Source: Scenedesmus sp. PABB004 (lineage: Eukaryota). Taken from it: DNA of 64,000 nt. The notes under the pieces are model-generated. The model had not been told where the DNA came from, did no database searches, and saw only the letters and a program-made list of their open reading frames with translations. Shown piece after piece: positions 1 through 10,835 of the stretch. Position numbers and translations under genes: made by a program. The first letter of the stretch is position 1; every line of letters begins with the position of its first letter. The DNA lies in contig JABVCE010000038.1 in NCBI GenBank assembly GCA_014905635.1, positions 1-64,000 on the forward strand, written 5' to 3'.

Positions 1-3000
1 GCCGGCCGGCCGACCTCTGCGGCGCAGCGCGTGGCCGGGCAGCCTGTTGGAGCCCCGCACGCCCGCTCCCAGGGGCGGCGGGGCAGCGGAAACGGCGCAC
101 GGCAGCGCTGCGCCGCGGCGCCGCCGAGCGGCGCGCCGCGCGGGCGGCGCGCGGCCGCGGCGCGGCGCGGCCGCCGGCGGCGACCTCTGCGGCGCAGCGC
201 GTGGCCGGGCAGCCTGTTGGCCCCGCACGCCGCTCCCCAGGGGCGGCGGGGCAGCGGAAACGGCGCACGGCAGCGCTGCGCCGCGGCGCCGCCGAGCGGC
301 GCGCGCGCGGGCCGGCGCGCGGCCCGCGGCGCGGCGCGCCGCCGGCGGCCGACCTCTGCGGCGCAGCGCGTGGCCGGGCAGCCTGTTGGAGCCCCGCACG
401 CCCGCTCCCCAGGGGCGGCGGGGCAGCGGAAACGGCGCACGGCAGCGCTGCGCCGCGCGCCGCCGAGCGGCGCGCGCGCGGGCGGCGCGCGCCCGCGGCG
501 CGGCGCGGCCGCGGCGGCCGACCTCTGCGGCGCAGCGCGTGGCCGGGCAGCCTGTTGGGAGCCCCGCACGCCCGCTCCCCAGGGGGCGGCGGGGCAGCGG
601 AAACGGCGCACGGCAAGCGCTGCGCCGCGGCGCCGCCGAGCGGCGCGCGCGCTGGGCGGCGCGCGGCCCGCGGCGCGGCGCGGCCGCCGGCGGCCGACCT
701 CTGCGGCGCAGCGCGTGGCCGGGCAGCCTGTTGGAGCCCCGCACGCCCGCTCCCCAGGGGCGGCGGGGCAGCGGAAACGGCGCACGGCAGCGCTGCGCCG
801 CGGCGCCGCCGAGCGGCGCGCGCGCGGGCGGCGCGCGGCCCGCGGCGCGGCGCGGCCGCCGGCGGCCGACCTCTGCGGCGCAGCGCGTGGCCGGGCAGCC
901 TGTTGGAGCCCCGCACGCCCGCTCCCCAGGGGCGGCGGGGCAAGCGGAAAACGGCGCACGGCAGCGCTGCGCCGCGGCGCCGCCGAGCGGCGCGCGCGCG
1001 CGGGCGGCGCGCGGCCCGCGGCGCGGCGCGGCCGCCGGCGGCCGACCTCTGCGGCGCAGCGCGTGGCCGGGCAGCCTGTTGGAGCCCCGCACGCCCGCTC
1101 CCCAGGGGCGGCGGGGCAGCGGAAACGGCGCACGGCAGCGCTGCGCCGCGGCGCCGCCGAGCGGCGCGCGCGGCGGGCGGCGCGCGGGCCCGCGGCGCGG
1201 CGCGGCCGCCGGCGGGCCGACCTCTGCGGCGCAGCGCGTGGCCGGGCAGCCTGTTGGAGCCCCGCACGCCCGCTCCCCAGGGGCGGCGGGGCAGCGGAAA
1301 ACGGCGCACGGCAGCGCTGCGCCGCGGCGCCGCCGAGCGGCGCGCGCGCGGGCGGCGCGCGGCCCCGGGCGCGGCGCGGCCGCCGCGGCCGACCTCTGCG
1401 GCGCAGCGCGTGGCCGGGCAGCCTGTTGGAGCCCCGCACGCCCGCTCCCCAGGGCGGCGGGGCAGCGGAAACGGCGCACGGCAGCGCTGCGCCGCGGCGC
1501 CGCCGAGCGGCGCGCGCGCGGGCGGCGCGCGGCCGCGGCGCGGCGCGGCCGCCGCGGCCGACCTCTGCGGCGCAGCGCGTGGCCGGGCAGCCTGTTGGAG
1601 CCCCGCACGCCCGCTCCCCAGGGGCGGCGGGGCAGCGGAAACGGCGCACGGCAGCGCTGCGCCGCGGCGCCGCCGAGCGGCGCGCGCGCCGGGCGGCGCG
1701 CGGCCCGCGGCGCGGCGCGCCGCCGGCGGCCGACCTCTGCGGCGCAGCGCGTGGCCGGGCAGCCTGTTGGAGCCCCGCACGCCCGCTCCCCAGGGGCGGC
1801 GGGGCAGCGGAAACGGCGCACGGCAGCGCTGCGCCGCGGCGCCGCCGAGCGCGCGCGCGCGGGCGGCGCGCGGCCCGCGGCGCGGCGCGGGCGCCGCGGC
1901 GGCCGACCTCTGCGGCGCAGCGCGTGGCCGGGCAGCCTGTTGGAGCCCCGCACGCCGCTCCCCAGGGGCGGCGGGGCAGCGGAAACGGCGCACGGCAGCG
2001 CTGCGCCGCGGGCGCCGCCGAGCGGCGCGCGCCGCGGGCGGCGCGCGCCGCGGCGCGGCGCGGCCGCCGGCGGCCGACCTCTGCGGCGCAGCGCGTGGCC
2101 GGGCAGCCTGTTGGAGCCCCGCACGCCCGCTCCCCAGGGGCGGCGGGGCAGCGGAAACGGCGCACGGCAGCGCTGCGCCGCGGCGCCGCCGAGCGGCGCG
2201 CGCGCGGGGCGGCGCGCGGCCCGCGGCGCGGCGCGGCGCCGCCGGCGGCCGACCTCTGCGGCGCAGCGCGTGGCCGGGCAGCCTGTTGGAGCCCCGCACG
2301 CCCGCTCCCCAGGGGCGGCGGGGCAGCGGAAACGGCGCACGGCAGCGCTGCGCCGCGGCGCCGCCGAGCGGCGCGCGCGCGGGCGGCGCGCGGCCCGCGG
2401 CGCGGCGCGGCCGCCGGCGGCCGACCTCTGCGGCGCAGCGCGTGGCCGGGCAGCCTGTTGGAGCCCCGCACGCCCGCTCCCCAGGGGCGGCGGGGCAGCG
2501 GAAACGGCGCACGGCAGCGCTGCGCCGCGGCGCCGCCGAGCGGCGCGCGCGCGGGCGGCGCGCGGCCCGCGGCGCGGCGCGGCCGCGCGGCGGCCGACCT
2601 CTGCGGCGCAGCGCGTGGCCGGGCAGCCTGTTGGAGCCCCGCACGCCCGCTCCCCAGGGGCGGCGGGGCAGCGGAAACGGCGCACGGCAGCGCTGCGCCG
2701 CGGCGCCGCCGAGCGCGCGCGCCGCGGGCGGCGCGCGGCCCGCGGCGCGGCGCGGCCGCGCGGCGGCCGACCTCTGCGGCGCAGCGCGTGGCCGGGCAGC
2801 CTGTTGGAGCCCCGCACGCCCGCTCCCCAGGGGCGGCGGGGCAGCGGAAACGGCGCACGGCAGCGCTGCGCCGCGGCGCCGCGAGCGGCGCGCGCGCGCG
2901 GGCGGCGCGCGGCCCGCGGCGCGGCGCGGCCGCCGGCGGCCGACCTCTGCGGCGCAGCGCGTGGCCGGGCAGCCTGTTGGAGCCCCGCACGCCCGCTCCC

Positions 3001-5840
3001 AGGGGCGGCGGGGCAGCGGAAACGGCGCACGGCAGCGCTGCGCCGCGGCGCGCCGAGCGGCGCGCGCGCGGGGCGGCGCGCGCCCGCGGCGCGGCGCGGC
3101 CGCCGGCGGCCGACCTCTGCGGCGCAGCGCGTGGCCGGGCAGCCTGTTGGAGCCCCGCACGCCCGCTCCCCAGGGGCGGCGGGGCAGCGGAAACGGCGCA
3201 CGGCAGCGCTGCGCCGCGGCGCCGCCGAGCGGCGCGCGCGCGGCGGCGCGCGCGCCCGCGGCGCGGCGCGGCCGCCGGCGGCCGACCTCTGCGGCGCAGC
3301 GCGTGGCCGGGCAGCCTGTTGGAGCCCGCACGCCCGCTCCCCAGGGGCGGCGGGGCAGCGGAAACGGCGCACGGCAGCGCTGCGCCGCGGCGCCGCCGAG
3401 CGGCGCGCGCGCGGGCGGCGCGCGGCCCGCGGCGGGCGCGGCCGCCGGCGGCCGACCTCTGCGGCGCAGCGCGTGGCCGGGCAGCCTGTTGGAGCCCCGC
3501 ACGCCCGCTCCCAGGGGCGGCGGGGCAGCCGAAACGGCGCACGGCAGCGCTGCGCCGCGGCGCCGCCGAGCGGCGCGCGCGCGGGCGGCGCGCGGCCCGC
3601 GGCGCGGCGCGGCCGCCGGCGGCCGACCTCTGCGGCGCAGCGCGTGGCCGGGCAGCCTGTTGGAGCCCCGCACGCCCGCTCCCCAGGGGCGGCGGGGCAG
3701 CGGAAACGGCGCACGGCAGCGCTGCGCCGCGGCGCCGCCGAGCGGCGCGCGCGCGGGCGGCGCGCGGCCCGCGGCGCGGCGCGGCCGCCGGCGGCCGACC
3801 TCTGCGGCGCAGCGCGTGGCCGGGCAGCCTGTTGGAGCCCCGCACGCCCGCTCCCCAGGGGCGGCGGGGCAGCGAAACGGCGCACGGCAGCGCTGCGCCG
3901 CGGCGCCGCCGAGCGGCGGCGCGCGGGCGGCGCGCGGCCCCGCGGCGCGGCGCGCCGCCGGCGGCCGACCTCTGCGGCGCAGCGCGTGGCCGGGCAGCCT
4001 GTTGGAGCCCCGCACGCCCGCTCCCCGGGGCGGCGGGGCAGCGGAAACGGCGCACGGCAGCGCTGCGCCGCGGCGCCGCCGAGCGGCGCGCGCCGCGGGC
4101 GGCGCGCGGCCCGCGGCGCGGCGCGGCCGCCGGCGGCCGACCTCTGCGGCGCAGCGCGTGGCCGGGCAGCCTGTTGGAGCCCCGCACGCCCGCTCCCCAG
4201 GGGGCGGGGCCAGCGGAAACGGCGCACGGCAGCGCTGCGCCGCGGCGCCGCCGAGCGGCGCGCGCGCGGGCGGCGCGCGGCCCGCGGCGCGGCGCGGCCG
4301 CCGGCGGCCGACCTCTGCGGCGCAGCGCGTGGCCGGGCAGCCTGTTGGAGCCCCGCACGCCCGCTCCCCAGGGGCGGCGGGGCAGCGGAAACGGCGCACG
4401 GCAGCGCTGCGCCGCGGCGCCGCCGAGCGGCGCGCGCGCGGGGGCGCGCGGCCCGCGGCGCGGCGCGGCCGCCGGCGGCCGACCTCTGCGGCGCAGCGCG
4501 TGGCCGGGCAGCCTGTTGGAGCCCCGCACGCCCGCTCCCCAGGGGCGGCGGGGCAGCGGAAACGGCGCACGGCAGCGCTGCGCCGCGGCGCCGCCGAGCG
4601 GCGCGCGGCGGGCGGCGCGCGGCCCGCGGCGCGGCGCGGCCGCCGGCGGCCGACCTCTGCGGCGCAGCGCGTGGCCGGGCAGCCTGTTGGAGCCCCGCAC
4701 GCCCGCTCCCCAGGGGCGGCGGGCAGCGGAAACGGCGCACGGCAGCGCTGCGCCGCGGCGCCGCCGAGCGGCGCGCGGCGGGCGGCGCGCGGCCCGCGGC
4801 GCGGCGCGGCCGCCGGCGGCCGACCTCTGCGGCGCAGCGCGTGGCCGGGCAGCCTGTTGGAGCCCCGCACGCCCGCTCCCCAGGGCGGCGGGGCAGCGGA
4901 AACGGCGCACGGCAGCGCTGCGCCGCGGCGCCGCCGAGCGGCGCGCGCGCGGGCGGCGCGCGGCCCGCGGCGCGGCGCGGCCGCCGGCGGCCGACCTCTG
5001 CGGCGCAGCGCGTGGCCGGGCAGCCTGTTGGAGCCCCGCACGCCCGCTCCCCAGGGGCGGCGGGGCAGCGGAAACGGCGCACGGCAGCGCTGCGCCGCGG
5101 CGCCGCCGAGCGGCGGCGCGCGCGGGCGGCGCGCGGCCCGCGGCGCGGCGCGGCCGCCGGCGGCCGACCTCTGCGGCGCAGCGCGTGGCCGGGCAGCCTG
5201 TTGGAGCCCCGCACGCCCGCTCCCAGGAGGCGGCGGGGCAGCGGAAACGGCGCACGGCAGCGCTGCGCCGCGGCGCCGCCGAGCGGCGCGCGCGCGGGCG
5301 GCGCGCGGCCCGCGGCGCGGCGCGGCCGCCGGCGGCCGACCTCTGCGGCGCAGCGCGTGGCCGGGCAGCCTGTTGGAGCCCCGCACGCCCGCTCCCCAGG
5401 GGCGGCGGGGCAGCCGAAACGGCGCACGGCAGCGCTGCGCCGCGGCGCCGCCGAGCGGCGCGCGCGGGCGGGCGGCGCGCGGCCCGCGGCGCGGCGCGGC
5501 CGCCGGCGGCCGACCTCTGCGGCGCAGCGCGTGGCCGGGCAGCCTGTTGGAGCCCCGCACGCCCGCTCCCCAGGGGCGGCGGGGCAGCCGAAACGGCGCA
5601 CGGCAGCGCTGCGCCGCGGCGCCGCCGAGCGGCGCGCGCGCGGCGGCGGCGCGGCCCGCGGCGCGGCGCGGCCGCCGGCGGCCGACCTCTGCGGCGCAGC
5701 GCGTGGCCGGGCAGCCTGTTGGAGCCCCGCACGCCCGCTCCCCAGGGGCGGCGGGGCAGCGGAAACGGCGCACGGCAGCGCTGCGCCGCGGCGCCGCCGA
5801 GCGGCGCGCGCGCGGGCGGCGCGCGGCCCGCGGCGCGGCG
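1..5840. repeat. Tandem satellite array, ~172-bp monomer, ~34 copies, open at the left window edge
   Basis: Anchor GACCTCTGC recurs at 12, 183, 351, 520, 696, 868 ... 5338, 5512, 5684 (spacing 168-176). The monomer has about 21 A/T in 172 nt. Homology stops abruptly at ~5841. Confidence 0.98.
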
Positions 5841-5862
5841 CACGGCGCCGGCGGGTTGACAT

Positions 5863-5867
5863 TTACA
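5863..5867 (-). promoter_or_regulatory. Putative TGTAA polyadenylation signal of the peptidase gene
   Basis: TTACA on + (TGTAA on -) lies about 19 nt past the TGA at 5886-5888. TGTAA is the established Chlamydomonas-type poly(A) signal. Confidence 0.55.
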
Positions 5868-5885
5868 CCCATATGCGCTGCGTGC

Positions 5886-8800
5886 TCAACTGCGTATGCT
5901 CTTGAGCAGCGCCTGCGGGTCGGGGCACCAGCCGCCGCATCGCTCGTGCAGGACGCCGTTCCTGCCGCCAGGCCCGCCCAGCGTTGCGGTCAGCAGGTTG
6001 ATCGGCTCCAGGGCGCCGCCTGGCTCCAGCAACAGCTTGCGTATGCGGCTGCCTGCGCACGCAGGCGGCGGGCGGGGGGGGGGGGGGGTGCCATTGAGCG
6101 CCCCCCTCCGCTGCCCATCGCTGCCGCGGGTGCCGCCGTGCGCACCCGCCCCCGCGTCCAGCGGGTCGGCCGCGAGGTGGGTGTCCCAGATTGCCTCCGA
6201 CAGGCAGCGCGCGTAGAGGTAGCTGTAGTACGAGGCGCCGTAGATGGTCAGGTGGCTGAACTTGGCCTGCGGCGACGTGCCCGGCGCCGGCGGCAGGCTA
6301 GCGTGCTCTTGCGCCAGCGCCGCCCACACCTCGCTGGTGCCGCCCGCCTCCGCCGGCAGCGTGGGGCCGTGGTAGACCAGGTCCACCAGCGACAGCAGCG
6401 CCTGGCGCGGCACGCCGACGGGCGGCGGGGCGCTCTCGGCGCGCGGGGCGCGGCGCGTGCCGGGCGCGGGCGCACGGCGGGGCGGCGCAGGAGGGGCGCG
6501 CGCACGCCACCTGCTGCTGCAGCTCCAGCGCGGGCGTGACGGATCCGAGGTGCGACACCTGCCGCGCCAGCTGCGGCGGCAGCGGCTCGCGCGTGGTGCG
6601 GTGGCGCGCCAGCAGCGCCAGCGACGCGGGTGGGTCGCAAAGTGCTCCCAGAGGTGCGAGGGCACTCCACCACGTCCTGCGAGCACCTGCGGGCCACGGG
6701 CGGGAGGCGGGCGGGTTGAGCTGAGCGCGCACGCGCGCAGGCGTGGCGCGGGCCAAGGGCGCCGGCGGCCTGCGCCGCCGCCGGCCGCTCGTGCCGCCGG
6801 GGCGCACCGCGTGCCCCACACGTGCTGGTAGCGCGTGCGCGAGACCAGGCTGTGCACCGCGTGGCCGGTCTCGTGCAGCAGCGTCCGGAACTCCCGCCAA
6901 CTCAGCTGCGTCGCGCCCATGTCGGCGGTGCCGCTGGCGGCCGACGCGGACGACAGGTTGCCGACGAGGCACAGCACCGGCTGCTGGTACTCGCCGCCTG
7001 GCGGGCGGTCAGTCGGCCGGCGCGCTGAGCAGCAGGGCGGGCGGGCGCCTGCGGCCGCTGCCGCGGCCGCCGCGCGGCCGGGGCCGCGTCCGGGCCAATG
7101 CGCGCGCGGGGCCTCACCCGTCAGCTCGCGGCCGCAGCGCACTGGGTAGAGTATGCCGCCGCTGGGCACCTTGCCGGGGCGGGGGCGGAGGTCGAGGTAC
7201 AGGACGCCCAGCGGGCCCAGCGCGGCGCAGCACACCTCCAGCTTCATCACGCCTGTGCCGCGCGCGCGGGCATGGCGGGCCAGGGGCGGGCCGGGCGGCG
7301 CGGGTCGGCACGCCCCGTGGCGCGCGGCGCGGCCCCGCAGCCCGGACGAGCGGCCGGACGGCGCGCCAGCGCCGCGCACCCGCGCCCCAGCCCTCGCCGC
7401 GCCCCAGCGGGCGCTGCGTGAGGCTCAGGCCCATCAGCCGCCCAAGCAGCGCGTCCAGGCCCGCCAGCACGGAGCCGAGGCTGAGGTACGGCGCCAGCGC
7501 CGCGCCGCCGCGCGCGCCCGCCGCCGCGCCCGACGCGAGCTGGCGGGCGTAAAAGTCCTGGTCCCAAGGCTGCAGCGTCGCGCCTGCGGGCGCGACGGCG
7601 CACGGGGCAGGCAGGCTGGGGCACGCCGGGGCACCACCAGCCGACCGCGCGAGCGCGGCGCAGCGCGCACCCGCGTCGCCGGTGTGCTTGCGCTTGAGGG
7701 CGGTGAGCTGCGCCAGCTCCGCCGTCGCCTGGCCCCGCACGCCGGCGGCGAGGTCCTCCAGGAAGGCCTGCGCGGCCGCGGGCGTGCCTGCGCCGCGCGC
7801 GCGCACGCGCACCAGCGGCTGGGAGGCAGCACGGCCGCGCGCGCGCGCGGACGCCCCGACGCCCCGGCCACGCCGGGCCGTCCCCCGCCGCGTCCTGCCG
7901 CGTCCCGCCGCGTCCCGCCGCGCCGCGGGCCGCACCCGCGAGCGTCGCGTCCGCGGCCTTGAAGTGCGCGTAGCTGGCGTGCCCCAGGCTGGCCGCGAGG
8001 TCGTGGCGCGCGGCCAGCATATCGTCAAGCAGCGCCAGGTTGGCCGCCGGCGCGCACGCGCCCGCCAGGTACACCTGCCGGCGCGCGGCCTCGCTGTCCA
8101 CGGCGCCCAGGAAGTGGGCCACGCTGCCGCGTCCAGCGGGACCGCCAGCCGGCCCCGCGCGTCCGCGTGCGCCGCCCACGCGCGCGGCAGCTCGTCGGCG
8201 GGCACGCCCGTCGTGCCCAGCGCCCTGGGGTCGGCCTGGCGGCGGCGCGCGTGCGTGGGCGCGGGCGCGGCAGCAGCGAGTGGCGGCAGGAGGAGGCGGT
8301 CGGGGTGTGGCGACGGCCGTTGCCTCCCACCCTCCCCTGCTCCGCGCGCGCGCTGCTGGCGCGGCGCGGCGCGAACCAGCGTCGCGTTGAAGCGCGCGGG
8401 GAAGTGCTGGTTGAGCGCCAGCAGCCGCGCCACGCGGCGCCGCGCGTCGGGGGAGGGCAGGTGGATGCCGTACTTTTCAAAGTCGGCCCGGTACCGCCCC
8501 GCCACCGCCAGCGTCTCGTCGCAAAACCCCGCCAGCTGCGCAGGCGACAGCAGCTGCGCGCACGGCGGGTGCGGTGGGGGCGGCGTGAGCAGGCGCGGCG
8601 GCGTGCCGGCACGCGCGCGCGTGCGGCCGCCGCGCGCCGCAGCGGCCGCCGCAGCGCGCCTGCTGCCGCAGCTGCCGGCCGGCGGGGTCGTCGCCGGCGG
8701 CCGCCGCCGCGGCCGCGGCGTGCGCCTCCTGCGCCTGCACCAGCTTGTTGTAGAGCCCCGTGTGGTGGTTGATGTCCGCCAGGAACTCGCCCAGGACCTG

Positions 8801-9272
8801 GGGGGGGGGGGGGCACCGCGGCACGGCGCGCAGCGAGCGAGGCGCGCCGTGGGAGCTCGCGCCGCGCTGCAAGCCCAGCTCGCGCGCCGCGCGCCGCGCG
8901 CCGCCGCCGCCGCCGCCGCACCTGGCAGGCCTGGCCCGCGGCTGCGCGCCAGGCGGCGTCGGCGTGCACGTTGCGCGCGCACTCGGCCGCGTCATACACC
9001 TGGCACAGTGCGTCGCTGATGTCGTCAATCAGCCGCACCACGCTCGCGTCCGGGGGCGTCGCCAGCGCCGCCGCCACGAGCTCGCCGCAGCGCGCCTTGG
9101 CGTCCTCCGCCCAGGCGGGGAAGTCGGCGGGGTGCTGCAGCGCGGCGATGCCAAACAGCCCGGGGCCGCCCGGTGCGGCGGCGGCGGCGGCGCCGGCGCT
9201 CGCCGACAGCGCCCGCGCCCGCTGCTCGGCCGCCAGCGCGCGGCGCGCCGCGCCGGCGGCCCGCCGCAGCAT
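5886..9272 (-). CDS. MIPEP: Mitochondrial intermediate peptidase (M3A family, Oct1/MIP), ~11 exons, with three apparent 1-nt frameshifts
   Basis: Presequence-like MLRRAAGAARR; LIDDISDALCQVYDAAECARNVH; LYLDLRPRPGK; HExxH motif LLHETGHAVHSLVSRTRYQHVWGTR; PSHLWEHF; FSHLTIYGASYYSYLYAR; IRKLLLEPGG. GT-AG introns join these blocks. Confidence 0.92.
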
Positions 9273-9360
9273 GCCTGCTGCCTGCTGCCGGGCTGCTGCG
9301 CCTGCCGCGCCTGCTGCTGCTGCCGCTGCTGCCGCGCCTGCCGCGCCTGCCGCTGACGCT

Positions 9361-9830
9361 GCTGCCGCTGCTGCCGCCGCTGCTGCCGCCTGGCTCCACA
9401 GGGCGATGCTGACGTGAGACCGAGGCGGGCGGCCAGGGCAGCGCCGTGCGGGCGGGCGGACGAAGTGGCTGCTGCAGCGGCGGGCGCCGCGCCGGGCGCA
9501 GCAGCGGTCGTCGTTTGCGCTTCGGGCCGCCGCGGTTCGCCGCCCGCTCCTCTGCCCTGCCACCACGCCCCTTCGATCCGCGATCCCGGACGCCCTCCTC
9601 AGCGCTCCGCCGGCGCTCACCAGGCCCCGCAGCGCCGCACGCACCGCCTGCGCGCCGGGCACGCGCCGCGCCGCCGCCGCGCCGGCCCTGCGGCCGCTCG
9701 CCAGTCTGCCCAGGTCCCGGAGCCAGGGCGCTGTCGTGACGCCGCAGTCCCGGCGAACGGGCGGCCAGGCCCCCGCGCCGCGCCGCGGGAGCAGCGGAGG
9801 GCCCGCCGGCGCTGCGGCGCCGTCCGGCCC
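9361..9830. repeat. Inverted repeat copy 1 of a ~470-bp element; putative bidirectional promoter between MIP and TAF10
   Basis: Its reverse complement aligns colinearly with 13946-14410. 9509-9563 is an exact 55-bp reverse complement of 14217-14271. Confidence 0.92.
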
Positions 9831-9894
9831 GGCTGCTGCGGCCCCCAGCCGGCGCTCCGGGTGGCGGAGCCGTGACCCGCGGTAGGCCGGCGCC

Positions 9895-10666
9895 ATGGAC
9901 GGCGAGGGCGCGCCCGCGGGCAAGGCGCTGCCGCCGCGCACCGCCGACGTGATGGCGCGGCTCGAGCACTACCAGCCCACGGTGCGGGGCGCTTCGCTCG
10001 GCGAGCAGCGGAGCCAGCAGAAGCGGCAGCAGCGGAAGAACAGGGGGGAGCAGCAGCAGGGGGCGAGCAGCAGCGGCGCCAGCGGCGCCAGCGGCGCCAG
10101 CGGCGCCAGCGGCGCCAGCGGCGCCCAACCCGCGCCCCCGCCCCGTCTCAGGTGCCTGACGAGCTCGTGCTGCACGTGATGCGCCGCAACGGCGACGACG
10201 GCAGCGACCCGCAGCTGTGCGCGCCCGGCGCGCTGGTGCAGCTGGCTGCCGCCGCCGCGCAGCGCCGCGGCCCCCGCCGGCCGGCCCTGACCGCGGCGCC
10301 GCGCGTCCGCCCGCAGCGTGCGGCTGCTGGGCCTCGCGGGCGAGCGCTTTCTCAGCACCATCCTCACCGACGCCATGCAGTGAGGCGCCGCGCGGCGCAG
10401 GGGCGGCGACGGCGCTGGCAGCGTCGCCCGCTGCACCGGCGGCGCCCGCGCCGCGCCAACCGCCTGGCGCCTGCCGCCCGGCGCCGTGCAGGCTCGCCAA
10501 GCGCAAGCAGCAGATGCCGCTGGCGGCGCGGCGGCAGCTGGGCTACGCGGGGCCGGGCAAGAAGGACGACAAGCGCACGGTGCTGCTGGCCGAGGACGTC
10601 GGCGGGGCGCTCAAGGACGCGGGGCTCAACGCGCGGCCCGCGCCGTACTACATCAACCACGCCTGA
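9895..10666 (+). CDS. TAF10: Transcription initiation factor TFIID subunit 10, 4 exons
   Basis: Spliced product: ...MARLEHYQPT|VPDELVLHVMRRNGDDGSDPQL|VRLLGLAGERFLSTILTDAMQ|LAKRKQ...DKRTVLLAEDVGGALKDAGLNARPAPYY. This matches the TAF10 histone-fold pattern; three GT-AG introns keep the frame. Confidence 0.92.
10071..10125. repeat. Intronic 9-bp minisatellite (CAGCGGCGC)x6
   Basis: Direct tandem copies within TAF10 intron 1. Confidence 0.8.
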
Positions 10667-10835
10667 CGGCGCAGCGCAGCGCAGCGCAGCGCGCGCGGAC
10701 CCGCGCGCGGTGGCGCGGCGGGGCGCGGACCGGGCGCGGCGGCGAGGGGTCACACGGCGCGCCCTGCAGCAGCAGCGGCGCTCGTGCTGCGTCGAGCGTG
10801 CAACGCGCCGCACGCCCGCCGGGCCCGCCCCGCTC

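Noticed and set aside
1..5840. CRISPR-like array
   Set aside because: No unique spacers, no cas genes, eukaryotic context.
31..6539. Three ~2000-aa ORFs on the + strand
   Set aside because: The satellite monomer lacks stop codons, its length is not a multiple of 3, indels shift frames freely, and the starts are non-ATG. Not coding.
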